64,000 nucleotides of DNA, taken from contig JBBDRA010000002.1 in NCBI GenBank assembly GCA_040905715.1, forward strand, positions 3,746-67,745, given 5' to 3'. Shown piece after piece: positions 49,101 through 58,303 of this stretch. Position numbers and translations under genes: made by a program. The DNA is from Minisyncoccota bacterium. GTDB lineage: Bacteria; Patescibacteriota; Minisyncoccia; Phycocordibacterales; CSBR16-193. The notes below the pieces were generated by a model that saw only the letters and a program-made list of their open reading frames with translations, made no database searches and was not told where the DNA came from. Position 1 is the stretch's first letter. The number at the start of each line of letters is the position of its first letter.

Positions 49101-50837
49101 GCGAAGGTGGTTAACTTTCCCACGAACTTCGTGACAGAGAGTGTCTTTGGTCAAAACCGTATACGCACCACTAACGGTAAAGCTGTCATTAGGTCCATAC
49201 GCTTCTTCGGTATACGGTTTAGGGTTATTTATATGAATAACCGGAGAGAAGGTCTCGCCAAACATTAAAGCGCGCAGTGATATTTCATCAGGACCGAGAA
49301 TTATTCTTTGATCATCGATATTTATTTCAAACCCACCTACGCCGGTATCATTCCACCCACAACCGGTACAATCGCTATCGTGATCGGAAAACACCGTCTG
49401 CACCGCAACAAACGCAGCTCCGGCTACGATCAGAGCCGCAAAGAGAAGCGCGACAGGAATAGAATTTTTACCTTTTATCAATAATCCCTTTAGCTGAAGC
49501 ACAACAAGGACAACGAGTACGAGAAGTAAAACACCGACTGTTACTACAAAACCACCCCCTTCTGTATCTGTTTGCACACCAGAAACAGGGAAGAAGGTCG
49601 TGTATTCACCAAGCACTTCACCATTTTTTTCGATCTTCACTTCTACTGTTACGTCCTCATCTATCGAATTTATGAAAGACACAGGCAGCGTAACGATCTG
49701 AGAGTCACTTGTCAGATGTACCCCCTCTTGTTTTGTGTGTGCAACCTCATTTCCGGATGAGTCTTTCATACTCAAGATCATCTCAGCGTTGGTTATCTCG
49801 CTTGATGTTCCGTCTCTATTACTTCGCACGAACTCACCTTCTTCATTTCGCGTATATCGAATTCTTCCGGAGGTATCCGGAAGAGATTGTGGCCCCACAA
49901 AAAGGACGTTTATTTGAGACTCTCTTTCTTGAGGTGGCCACACTTCAGGGGTGATGCTGTAAATAGTAGCGCTCGGACCGGCAACACTGAATTGACCTTC
50001 TACAAGGGGTGTCCGCGAGACACCATTCTCATCTCTAAACTCTACACGAAACGCAAATGTTCCGGGAGCATCAGTTGGAAGTGGTATTGAAATAGTCTGT
50101 TCTTCTCCCTTCGAAAACGCAACGGTTTCCACTTCTGTCTCTTCAATAATATCACCGGCGACCGAGACCTTAAAAACCTGAAGATGTGGGGTAAGCTCTA
50201 TCGCTTCTTCTTGCTCATTTTCCAGTGTGACTGCTATTTCTAGGTCGTCAGAGCTTGTAACCACACCTCCAGCCTGAGGCGGCGCGCGGTCTTGTGAATT
50301 TCGAATTAATTCTGCTGAATCAATACGAACCTCCCCGCCACTTCCCCGGACCTCTACGCGAACATCTTCCCACCCCAGCAATACACCTTGTCCGGTCATT
50401 GCCTGGACCTGGATCGCGGTGTCGCTTCGGTCTACCGCCTCCGGAATCGTGTACGAAAATTCAATTTCTCGCTCTTCGCCCGGCAAAAGAAAGATCGGTC
50501 CTTCAATTATAGAACTGTATACACGATCGGCTACCTCGCCTTCACGCTCATCAAAACCGGCCACTAATGAAATACGATACTGAATATCTGTGGCAACGCT
50601 GTCGGACGTATTCTTTAGTAGTGCGGTGCCAACTGCGCGCTCTCCCGCTTCAAATACTTTAGTTTCGTTTTCAAGCTCAAGACCGATAACATGCACTGAT
50701 GGAACCACGGAACGAATTGAGTTCTGCTGTTGCGCTGCTGCTTCAGTTGTATTCGATACAACTAAAAATGTAAAAAGGAGAAAAAATATCACTACAAGAA
50801 AAGCAACAAACGAAAGAACGGGGGTTTTAAAGATCAT
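46188..50837 (-). CDS. giant (1549 aa) surface protein: N-terminal signal/anchor, ~420-aa domain, two-helix TM hairpin, large Cys/Tyr/Asp-rich region with FN3-like domain, conserved C-terminal domain ending VDPRYEEF
   Basis: Uninterrupted 4.65-kb ORF. N-terminal hydrophobic VLSFVAFLVVIFFLLFTFLVV. Central VVTVGVLLLVLVVLVVLQL-KGLLIKGKNS-IPVALLFAALIVAGAAFVAV forms the TM hairpin. An FN3-like segment reads AYVELDWDGTTAGIWYEVFRK. The C-terminal ~95 aa are homologous to the C-terminus of the adjacent 1223-aa ORF. Confidence 0.8.
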   Translation of the reverse strand: MIFKTPVLSFVAFLVVIFFLLFTFLVVSNTTEAAAQQQNSIRSVVPSVHVIGLELENETKVFEAGERAVGTALLKNTSDSVATDIQYRISLVAGFDEREGEVADRVYSSIIEGPIFLLPGEEREIEFSYTIPEAVDRSDTAIQVQAMTGQGVLLGWEDVRVEVRGSGGEVRIDSAELIRNSQDRAPPQAGGVVTSSDDLEIAVTLENEQEEAIELTPHLQVFKVSVAGDIIEETEVETVAFSKGEEQTISIPLPTDAPGTFAFRVEFRDENGVSRTPLVEGQFSVAGPSATIYSITPEVWPPQERESQINVLFVGPQSLPDTSGRIRYTRNEEGEFVRSNRDGTSSEITNAEMILSMKDSSGNEVAHTKQEGVHLTSDSQIVTLPVSFINSIDEDVTVEVKIEKNGEVLGEYTTFFPVSGVQTDTEGGGFVVTVGVLLLVLVVLVVLQLKGLLIKGKNSIPVALLFAALIVAGAAFVAVQTVFSDHDSDCTGCGWNDTGVGGFEINIDDQRIILGPDEISLRALMFGETFSPVIHINNPKPYTEEAYGPNDSFTVSGAYTVLTKDTLCHEVRGKVNHLRSNEDRALGPDGFSSGTCDPYGYYGWGYWYGSSSYEGFSHTYYYFNSQHQSQPGEYLAPNGAWGEAAILPVMVSANNYIVPDPRISREYTIVRDEIPVCGFRGLEEGYGYYDENEEFQVWDDAYYACDTHCWEQGYEWGSNEYDQCIDSCMDSWGDMTINEKLEQSDWSGAYTYHFSEDMKPRRFETWEEDLFYEQDAQVYTNESRYEFSSGNRDRLRTQQEQYDVGENRCLDTDEYSGVGYDEGEREDNAGNRTWGYCSIHREFDWDLGYEYDEDGRLVTVRDDGETGPARRASRSSCTKGTEDGECQPDVYQDRYTEYVSHLERAGLYGRCGSNITDDTDPNDLDWTFDRKIDFLDERTTDDLYNDAKNRLDHVRSSGGEYTTTYDGAASTYIKAHRMDLYEVDAREVEYSFEVDDLVPGKSHDFVIVLEQRDLSDPDAAWEHLEDRTYTVTGQPQFEPDTVEGEIPLIKGKEVRIKEYYIEVEYSSDDYASMSQSELDANLPSALGRVIMDICISNSADVAGSDLCPLAGDISSHRVDEGGVRVPMNTQLEPEFTPDEEMNIPDGVYDGNPQNWSDLPAGDLATGEQYTYTVKAEDDPDRTIRAATCVDEYEMSPETGIEITESCDFSDPALYTITPTCSGGWCSVTNVSPSIPEGLITHVAFLYLEEESVDLEAFSGGNSVGDGGGCVPYGSDIDLEWETAGALEEFCSASSSSGDWTGNKSSAGGSDTQVGLTNTESLYEYTLQCAAASDGTLVEDTASVSVCEPEPTDLQATESCDANDAYVELDWDGTTAGIWYEVFRKLSTEPDLAFSSLETVADTEYRDPAVSSPPTIATSTEYVYKVEAVNSDNTSESYGSDSVTVTTNSCETSTTLSCEPLPNEDGTYTYPVNTSVTWVVIPGGETYIWSVPEGSEVSSSGDEIDIRYSTVGEKDSPEVSSDGGTYTECEVPGSANNKINISVDPRYEEF

Positions 50838-50984
50838 ACTAAAACATAAAGATTATCTTCCATACTATCTATAGTAATACTATTTCAACACATTACCAAT
50901 AGCATTATCCACTACTCATTGTGGCCAACATTTCCTTAGACAGTGCAAACAGAACCTAGCATTATTATAAATTTTAAAAGAAAT

Positions 50985-51024
50985 CACAAAAGAACCCCGC
51001 AGGATCCTGCGGGGTTCTTTTGTG
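50985..51024 (-). terminator. strong terminator after the second giant gene
   Basis: CACAAAAGAACCCCGCAGG-atc-CTGCGGGGTTCTTTTGTG. Confidence 0.65.
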
Positions 51025-51041
51025 ATATTATGCGTTTGTTC

Positions 51042-54000
51042 TTAAAATTCCTCGTAACGCGGATCAACAAAGATCTGTATTTCACCTTCGCATCTACTTC
51101 CATCATCTAGCACTGCATCAGCATCTATTGTACCTACTGTACTATATCTAATTATTATATTGTTCTCAGTTTCACCATCAATTTTACTTTCGTCTTCGTT
51201 ATCACTCCACTCTACAAATTTACTGTCGGGGCTCGCCACCCAGGTAACTTGTGAGTTAACCGGCGCACGGCCGTCTTCTATCTCATTTCCGTCACTGTCT
51301 TTGAAGGTCACCGTACATCCTCCACCAATTGGCGGCACAGGGCAGGACGGATCCTCTTTTTTACACGGACCCCAACCCTGCCAATCCCCCCAATCCCCAC
51401 CAGAGGAGCACTCTCTCACACGGGTCTGGTCACCATCACACCCGTCTATGGTACATTTCTCAGTTTCGTCCTGTGTTTTCCCTGGTGTACACTCATCGTC
51501 AGGGACCCCATCATCACCATCGCCATCACCATCACCGTTATCATCATCGTCATCGTCGATCGGACAGTCGGGATTAACCTTTTCAAGACCCTCACACTCG
51601 CCCCAAGCAAATGAGCCATCACCATTCTTCGGCCAAACTCCGTCCGCTGTACACACAATGGTCTGGCTCCCTTCCAAGTCGCAACCATCACCATCTTTTT
51701 CTCCACATGAGCGCTGCATTGTGTCACCAGGCTCACACATATCATCGCCGGCGATCGTCAACCATCCCACATGATGTCCGACGGGTTCATCGAGCCACGG
51801 CATGGTCTCGTCACTAAATTCTTCGAAGTACGCGTCACCTATGTACATCTCCATTACATTTGAGTCAGGCTCGAGTGAGTCCGTAACATAATCATACCCT
51901 TCTTCGTCACCTACCATTGTGTAACTTCGCTCTTGGGTTTGATAGTCCGGATACCCCCATGGGTCACAGTACTCTTCTCCATCGTATTCATAGCAGTACT
52001 CAGAATACGTGCCATCCCATGTAATGATCTCTACTTTAAGAGTTTCTTCTACATTTTCAGCTAAGCGTCGAGCTCTGATAATGAAATCCGATCCGTTTGC
52101 GTTCGCCGACGACCGATTTCTCAGATATTCAGGAAGATAATAGTATGCGTATCCGCCGCCGCCATCACCATACGAGAGATACTCAGCCTCGTCTTCGCTG
52201 TACCCCTGATCTAGGCGATCAGCTTTTCGATCGGCGCGTTCACTGGCCACCCTACTCCTGTCGCTTGCAAGGTCCCCCTCTAGTTCATCTCTGGCATCTT
52301 CTAACGTAAGCTCATCCGAGAGCTGAATATCACTGAAACCACTATGAGAACTCCAAACACAGTTTCCCCAAACACATGAGGAACCGGAGTGCTCTCCTGA
52401 AAATCTGCGTCGAGTTTCAGTTTCAATACGATCATTTTCTTCATCTATATCGCTATGCCCCTCTCCTATATACACACCATTGTACATAGGTGCGGTGTCG
52501 TTAGTGGTACCTGAGTCTATAACTTCACCTCGACTTATGCGTTCCCAAGAACAGGATATGTCAAGTTTGCCTTCTTCAAGATCCTGCCCTACATCACTAC
52601 AATCCGATTCCCTTACACCCGTTCCTCCATACGATTTTTTAAAAACATCGTAACTACCAGAACCGGACACATTCGTAATCACACACCTATCTTCCTCTTC
52701 ATCGAAACTCCACTCCCGAGTAAGATTACCTGAGTGAGTTCCTTCCCGAGACCCATCAGCCCACGACCTTTCAAACGTATCCGAACCGGATTTAGCTTCT
52801 GTCTGAAACAATCGCCGACTGTCTTCTCCGTCAACCTCAAAACCGTTACGCCCACAAAATGTCGGTCTGGCGTTATACGGATCATGCCTGAAGCTCACAG
52901 TGGGACGAGGGATCGCGATGTTCTTAATATCGATCGTCACATCATAACGACCGATATTAGGAGGAAGTCCGTAAATAGAACCTCGAGGAGCCCGGTACTT
53001 CCAAAGACCACCGTACGTGCTGTAACGATCGAACTCTTCGTTTACATACCTGCTTTCGCTCGGCACGTACATACCTTTCCCTTCCACCTCAACTCGCTGG
53101 CCTGCGCCGCCAGATATCGGAGGCCGCTCGATGAAGACCCGTATGGCCGTAGTTTGATCGCCCGATAAATGAACGGTTTTACTTGGAGCAACATCAACCA
53201 CCTCGATCGGGATCAGGTTTACTCCAAGAGGATACTCGAGCTCAAAGAACATTCTATACGCTGACCCATGATCAGCGAAAACAAAAGAGTAAGAAACCGC
53301 GAAAACAACAAGGATCCCGAGTCCAGCCATCGTTTTTTTGAGACCACGACGCAGTAAAGCCAGGAGAGTAAGAGCAAAGAGTAGTCCTGCCAGAACAACA
53401 GCGGTCCAAAAAATAAATAGCCAATAGCTTCCATTAAGTCCTTCGCCGGTAGAAGAAGAAAGGTCTACGCTTTTCTCACCAATAACTGATCCGTCCTTAT
53501 AGATCTTTAGTTGTACACTATTTGCGGTGGCGAGTTCAGTTACCGGAACATCAAGCTCCATCAACCCCTGTCCTGAAAGATCCAGACTCTCAAATGTCTC
53601 TTCATGTACCACATTTTTACTTTCATCAAATAAAACAAGTGTGGCGGCAACCGAGCTTACGTCCCCGTGATCATCGGGATATACAGGGTTGTTATTATCA
53701 TCTACGATAATAACTGACCCCGGTCTGCCAATATCTGCAGGAGGTCCTTCATACACAGCGGTCACTATCCCACTTCCGGAAGTCGATATGTCTTCCTTGT
53801 TTGACCCAAGTAAATGAAGTGTCACGAAATCACCTCGCACAATATACCGAAAATTAACCGCCGGGGAACGAACTTCGCCCGTCTTGGCATCAACAAATCT
53901 TAATTCACCGGCATACACCCCAGACTCATAGAGATCTCCTCCGTTGAGCTGAGAGGTTGGCAGCTCATACAAGTATGAATAACTATCACCTGAGGAAACT

Positions 54001-54713
54001 GTTATTGAGTCACGGGTGGTGGTATGCGGGTCGCCGGCTGGGTGAACATCATACAGCCGTATTTCTGGAACAACCTCGATAGACTCATCGTATGGATTGT
54101 GTATTGACCCCTCTATGGCAGGTCGGTCACCTCGTGACTGGTACACGCTCGGTATATCAAAAATGTCATATTCTGAAACCCTGTTTCCCGGATGACGCAC
54201 AACTAATGACGCACTCTCTGCTGGAAGCAGGGAGTTCTCCCCGTCAACAATGATGTTCTGCTCTGCATATGAGCGCACCTGCCCGCTCGGGAGTGCCGCG
54301 AGAACCGAGAGAACGACCTGATCGCCGGCAACATGCCGGGGAAGTTTATATGAGAAAGAGATCGTTTTACTCTCATTCGGACTCAAAGAAATCGGCTTAC
54401 TTGAAACATATTCGATGACCGAGTGTCCTACCCCTTCCACAGGAGCTTCAATGCCCACGTAGTACACTGCGTCTGGAATTGAAAATGAGTTGGGATTTTC
54501 TACAACCAATGACCCTTCGATCGTATCGCCGGAAGCGAACGTATTTGTAGGTAAGGGCTCAATAGCAACTTCCAAACCTGGAAGCGATTCGGCACTCTCG
54601 CTTTCTGATACCTGTCCGTACACCGGTAGCGTAACGGTGATAAGCGTGATCACCGCAAGAGCAAGACTGATCAAAACAATATTCAGTCGAAAAAGAGAAG
54701 CGAGGGAGTTCAT
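51042..54713 (-). CDS. giant (1223 aa) surface protein, paralog of 46188..50837: same N-terminal anchor, TM hairpin at the same position, Cys/Asp-rich modules including a poly-Asp/Gly-Asp stretch, and a conserved C-terminal domain ending VDPRYEEF
   Basis: N-terminal hydrophobic segment. KTISFSYKLPRHV matches REIEFSYTIPEAV in the paralog. TM hairpin LFIFWTAVVLAGLLFALTLLALL-RRGLKK-TMAGLGILVVFAVSYSFVFA at aa 429-480. DCPIDDDDDDNGDGDGDGDDGVPDDECTPG. C-terminal ...IRYSTVG...VDPRYEEF. Confidence 0.8.
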   Translation of the reverse strand: MNSLASLFRLNIVLISLALAVITLITVTLPVYGQVSESESAESLPGLEVAIEPLPTNTFASGDTIEGSLVVENPNSFSIPDAVYYVGIEAPVEGVGHSVIEYVSSKPISLSPNESKTISFSYKLPRHVAGDQVVLSVLAALPSGQVRSYAEQNIIVDGENSLLPAESASLVVRHPGNRVSEYDIFDIPSVYQSRGDRPAIEGSIHNPYDESIEVVPEIRLYDVHPAGDPHTTTRDSITVSSGDSYSYLYELPTSQLNGGDLYESGVYAGELRFVDAKTGEVRSPAVNFRYIVRGDFVTLHLLGSNKEDISTSGSGIVTAVYEGPPADIGRPGSVIIVDDNNNPVYPDDHGDVSSVAATLVLFDESKNVVHEETFESLDLSGQGLMELDVPVTELATANSVQLKIYKDGSVIGEKSVDLSSSTGEGLNGSYWLFIFWTAVVLAGLLFALTLLALLRRGLKKTMAGLGILVVFAVSYSFVFADHGSAYRMFFELEYPLGVNLIPIEVVDVAPSKTVHLSGDQTTAIRVFIERPPISGGAGQRVEVEGKGMYVPSESRYVNEEFDRYSTYGGLWKYRAPRGSIYGLPPNIGRYDVTIDIKNIAIPRPTVSFRHDPYNARPTFCGRNGFEVDGEDSRRLFQTEAKSGSDTFERSWADGSREGTHSGNLTREWSFDEEEDRCVITNVSGSGSYDVFKKSYGGTGVRESDCSDVGQDLEEGKLDISCSWERISRGEVIDSGTTNDTAPMYNGVYIGEGHSDIDEENDRIETETRRRFSGEHSGSSCVWGNCVWSSHSGFSDIQLSDELTLEDARDELEGDLASDRSRVASERADRKADRLDQGYSEDEAEYLSYGDGGGGYAYYYLPEYLRNRSSANANGSDFIIRARRLAENVEETLKVEIITWDGTYSEYCYEYDGEEYCDPWGYPDYQTQERSYTMVGDEEGYDYVTDSLEPDSNVMEMYIGDAYFEEFSDETMPWLDEPVGHHVGWLTIAGDDMCEPGDTMQRSCGEKDGDGCDLEGSQTIVCTADGVWPKNGDGSFAWGECEGLEKVNPDCPIDDDDDDNGDGDGDGDDGVPDDECTPGKTQDETEKCTIDGCDGDQTRVRECSSGGDWGDWQGWGPCKKEDPSCPVPPIGGGCTVTFKDSDGNEIEDGRAPVNSQVTWVASPDSKFVEWSDNEDESKIDGETENNIIIRYSTVGTIDADAVLDDGSRCEGEIQIFVDPRYEEF

Positions 54714-54937
54714 GGTTATATATTTAAATGTAAATAAACGAAAGTCTTTGATTAGTATACTAGTAGTATAACTTACCTCTTAAGGAGCGCACGATAAGCT
54801 GTCCACACATAGGCGCCACGAGAGACGCTGTCCAGTCATAGTACGAGCAACCACCCTTTACTTCTTGATGTATACGTTGTTTTATTATAAACTACGATCG
54901 GCACCAATATAGATCTTTCTCAAAAAAGGAGCGTGCG

Positions 54938-55849
54938 ATGAACCAGAGTCAATGGAGTGTACTGATATTGCTAATGATGATCATTGCTATACCGCCTACT
55001 ACGTACGGTCAACAGCAACCAGAAGTGATCGACGGACGCAGGTATGTCCGAAGAAATCCGGACTTTATTCCCACCCTTCTTGTCAACGACCCTCAACGGA
55101 TACAAGGGTACGTGGATATCCAACTTATTGGGGTTAGCGATGACAGGTTTTCTGACAATCCGGTGTACGGACATCCTATTGCCGATAAAGATATTCGCGA
55201 AATGGTCGAGCGGATATTTATTCAGGCAGGCATTGCTGTAAATTGGCTTCCACCGAAGAAATGGAACCACTCCCCGATCGAACACCGAGACATTGACCCA
55301 TTCGAAAACTCGATCGAATTCTTTCAACTCGCGGATCGACACGGAGAACGTCATCCAAGAGACACCGTGCTGCACTGGTACGTCATCGATCACTGGGACG
55401 ACCACCCCGAACGATGGGGTGCGGCAAGACACGCTATCAGTCCGCCGGAAAGCCCGATCAAGGGTATCGTGTACCATGTGGACATAGAAAACCACCTCAA
55501 CAGACATCCTGGCGCAACAGACATGAGGCGCGAACGCATGATCATTGCCCGCGCACTTGCCCAAGGACTATGCTTCGTTATGGGGCTCGAACCGTACAAA
55601 AAACCGGAGGACCCTGATAATGAAAGCTGGAGGGACAACCTTGAGCAAAACCTGATGGGGGTGCGTCCGGCAAGTTATATGTTGGCAAGCTACATGCTTG
55701 TGAACGGAAGACCGCCACGACCTCACGAGATGGAGCGCACAGAAAACGGTGTACCCAAAATTTTTGCCAACCCGGAGATATTTGCCAAAATTGAAGAAGA
55801 GCAAGCAGGAAAACTTCGGGAAAGTGAACTCGTACGCCCGGCTCAATGA
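54938..55849 (+). CDS. secreted hypothetical protein
   Basis: Signal peptide SVLILLMMIIAIPPTTYGQ, AAGGAG SD 7 nt upstream. No catalytic motif recognised. Confidence 0.5.
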   Translation: MNQSQWSVLILLMMIIAIPPTTYGQQQPEVIDGRRYVRRNPDFIPTLLVNDPQRIQGYVDIQLIGVSDDRFSDNPVYGHPIADKDIREMVERIFIQAGIAVNWLPPKKWNHSPIEHRDIDPFENSIEFFQLADRHGERHPRDTVLHWYVIDHWDDHPERWGAARHAISPPESPIKGIVYHVDIENHLNRHPGATDMRRERMIIARALAQGLCFVMGLEPYKKPEDPDNESWRDNLEQNLMGVRPASYMLASYMLVNGRPPRPHEMERTENGVPKIFANPEIFAKIEEEQAGKLRESELVRPAQ

Positions 55850-55870
55850 AATTCGCAAGCACCTCACCCC

Positions 55871-55903
55871 CCCCGCTTATTCTTCGGAATAAGCGGGTTT
55901 TTT
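55871..55903 (+). terminator. rho-independent terminator
   Basis: CCCGCTTATTC-ttcg-GAATAAGCGGG followed by TTTTTT. Confidence 0.65.
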
Positions 55904-55925
55904 ATACTCGATCATTTTCATCGAT

Positions 55926-56813
55926 CTAACACGTCACACATCTCACCTCTTTTCCGTCACTTTCGAACGTCACCGTTCCAACTTTTGCTGTTTGCACCAC
56001 TTCGATCCCGAACTGTGCCAGCCGATCAAGAACCTCCTGGTGCGGATGCCCATAACTATTATCTTCTCCCGCCGAGATCACAGCGTATTCCGGCTGACTC
56101 CAGCCAAGCCAGGACAGGGCTGTTGAGGTGTCCGAGCCGTGGTGGCCGACCTTGAGTACGTTGCTTTTAATATTTTCCCGGTAGGTGCGGGCAATATATC
56201 TCTCTACCACCTTGGGCGCATCGCCGGAGAGGAGAAACGCCGTATCTCCATACACCAACCGCCCTACGATCGAGGCGTCATTGGGGTCCATACCCTCAGG
56301 GTCGACCGGCGGGAACAGCACATCGAAATGAACCCGGGGCGAAAGACGAATGCTATCGCCGGATCGAAGCTCGCGCACCCGCACGTTCTGCACCTCTGCG
56401 TCGTTCAACAAAGCATCATCAAGTGAACTTTCACTTGAAACTCCTGAGTGTAAAAGAGACCCAACCGAGTAGCGACCGATCACTGCCGGTAAACCACCAA
56501 TATGGTCAGCGTCCGGATGGGTTGCTAATACAACATTGATCGACCGGTCCCAGAACGGCATCGCCCCACTCAGACCGTGTGTTACTCGCACGCTTCTGCT
56601 GCCGTCTATCAACATTTGATTACCGTTCGGAGCTTCAATATAGATGGCATCACCTTGGCCGACATCGAGAAAGGAAACAACGAGCGTATCTTTTGTAGAT
56701 TCATTGAATAAAACATAATATAAAAATGCGGTGAGAACGATCAGTGCTATCGTCACAATAATGAGCGGATTCTCTTTCAGCAAGGACGCACTTTCTTTTC
56801 GGGGCATGTTCAT
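55926..56813 (-). CDS. membrane-anchored metallo-beta-lactamase-fold protein resembling the C-terminal domain of ComEC/Rec2
   Basis: N-terminal TM LIIVTIALIVLTAFLYYVLF. VSFLDVGQGDAIYIE, LATHPDADHIGG and VGHHGSD match the ComEC-type MBL motifs. Confidence 0.7.
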   Translation of the reverse strand: MNMPRKESASLLKENPLIIVTIALIVLTAFLYYVLFNESTKDTLVVSFLDVGQGDAIYIEAPNGNQMLIDGSRSVRVTHGLSGAMPFWDRSINVVLATHPDADHIGGLPAVIGRYSVGSLLHSGVSSESSLDDALLNDAEVQNVRVRELRSGDSIRLSPRVHFDVLFPPVDPEGMDPNDASIVGRLVYGDTAFLLSGDAPKVVERYIARTYRENIKSNVLKVGHHGSDTSTALSWLGWSQPEYAVISAGEDNSYGHPHQEVLDRLAQFGIEVVQTAKVGTVTFESDGKEVRCVTC

Positions 56814-56939
56814 ATTGTATCACCGGCAGACACACAGGGATCATGTCTATTGATAAAAGATCGTATATGCTATAAACATATAAGTTCGAAAGTGCCAGTT
56901 CACTCGTAGTAACCCACACTACCCCTAAGGAGGTGTGCA

Positions 56940-57611
56940 ATGCGTTATGTTGCTCTTTTTATTATGCTCCTTGGCATTGGTATCCAAAGCAGCTGCACCA
57001 CCACGACGCTGTATATTGCCCCGGCGCAGGAACGCAACCGTCACGCGAATCGTGCGTATGCAACCGTGATCATCCGCAGCGACGACGGAAACGCTACCGG
57101 GGTCTGCATCACACCGACCCACATCCTCTCGTGCGCGCACGTTATTGGAGAGCGAGACACGATCGAGATCGAGTATCACAGTGGTGAGCGAGTAGAAGCA
57201 AAGGTCGTTCACACAAACACCGAGGACGACCTCGCGCTTCTCTCAACGCCCGGCAGGATACATCCGTTCTATGCCCGGACGATCGGCGAGCTCCCGGCGA
57301 ATGGAACAGAGGTGTATACCGTTGGTCACCCTCGCCCTGTTAGATTCGGCTACAGCGCGGGAACGCTTATGCGCGCGACCAACAGCGAGATGCTTATCAG
57401 TACGTACTCGAACAAAGGTGCCTCCGGAAGTGGTGTGTGGCACGAGGATCGTCTTATCGGAATACTGTACGGAAGCTCGTTCTTTGCCGGTACTACTATC
57501 CGAGAGGGCTCGCTCTGCACACCGTCGTCAGCTATCATCCGTTTTCTTGAGCACGCGCAAAAGAATGGAATGGTTTCACCGACAGCGTTCGATGCTCTTT
57601 TGTCAAAATAA
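56940..57611 (+). CDS. secreted trypsin-like (S1) serine protease
   Basis: Signal peptide. Catalytic triad context ITPTHILSCAHV (His), DLALL (Asp) and GASGSGV (Ser). Confidence 0.7.
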   Translation: MRYVALFIMLLGIGIQSSCTTTTLYIAPAQERNRHANRAYATVIIRSDDGNATGVCITPTHILSCAHVIGERDTIEIEYHSGERVEAKVVHTNTEDDLALLSTPGRIHPFYARTIGELPANGTEVYTVGHPRPVRFGYSAGTLMRATNSEMLISTYSNKGASGSGVWHEDRLIGILYGSSFFAGTTIREGSLCTPSSAIIRFLEHAQKNGMVSPTAFDALLSK

Positions 57612-57740
57612 CTACCCGAGCAACCTGATCGTACACACTCACGCCTTGCGCGTGAGTGTTTTATGTAATCTCTATTTCATACTCATACCATTACTCTTGA
57701 CACTGGATAACAAAGATGATATAAAACACTCAGAGGCACG

Positions 57741-58175
57741 ATGAATCGTGCTCAACCAGTACCCTTTTACTCCGGGAAAGGTAGTGTTATGAGACCCGTA
57801 TACATTCTCATTGTCGAGGATCACCAAGCTGTACGCGAGGCAATGACCGACGGGCTGACCAGAGCCGGCTTCACCGTGCGAGGTGCATCTACGATCGAAG
57901 AGGCGCGAACGCTACTCTTTACCGACAAACTCCCCTTTACGGCGATCGCGCTTGATCACAAGATCGGCTCCGACAACACAGAAACATTCGTCAGGGAGGT
58001 CCGTGAAAGCGGTTTCACCGGCCTCATCCTGGGAATGAGCCTCGAGATGGAGTTATCGATCAGGATCGAACGCGCCGCGTATCAAGCCGGCGGAGAAGGA
58101 CACACGCTTTCCGTTGAAAAACTCGAAGCGGTCGACGTGTTGCGTAAGATCCTTGCTCCATGCCAAGACGAATAA
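57741..58175 (+). CDS. stand-alone response-regulator receiver (REC) domain protein
   Basis: YILIVEDHQAVREAMTDGLTRAGF...AIALDHKIG...LILGMS resembles a CheY-like receiver. An alternative start is at 57789. There is no output domain. Confidence 0.55.
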   Translation: MNRAQPVPFYSGKGSVMRPVYILIVEDHQAVREAMTDGLTRAGFTVRGASTIEEARTLLFTDKLPFTAIALDHKIGSDNTETFVREVRESGFTGLILGMSLEMELSIRIERAAYQAGGEGHTLSVEKLEAVDVLRKILAPCQDE

Positions 58176-58303
58176 CGTTCAAGATCAGTTGTACCGCCCG
58201 CCACCTTTCAGGTGCCGGGCGGTTTTTTGTTTAAAGGGTTACCTTCGTAATCTAACCTGATACAATTGGGTCATTACGTGTATTATCCCTAACCCTACTC
58301 CTT

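Noticed and set aside
51160-51817. 204-aa and His-rich small ORFs on the plus strand
   Set aside because: Antisense inside the giant protein gene (reverse of Asp/Gly-rich codons gives Ser/Pro/His-rich frames).
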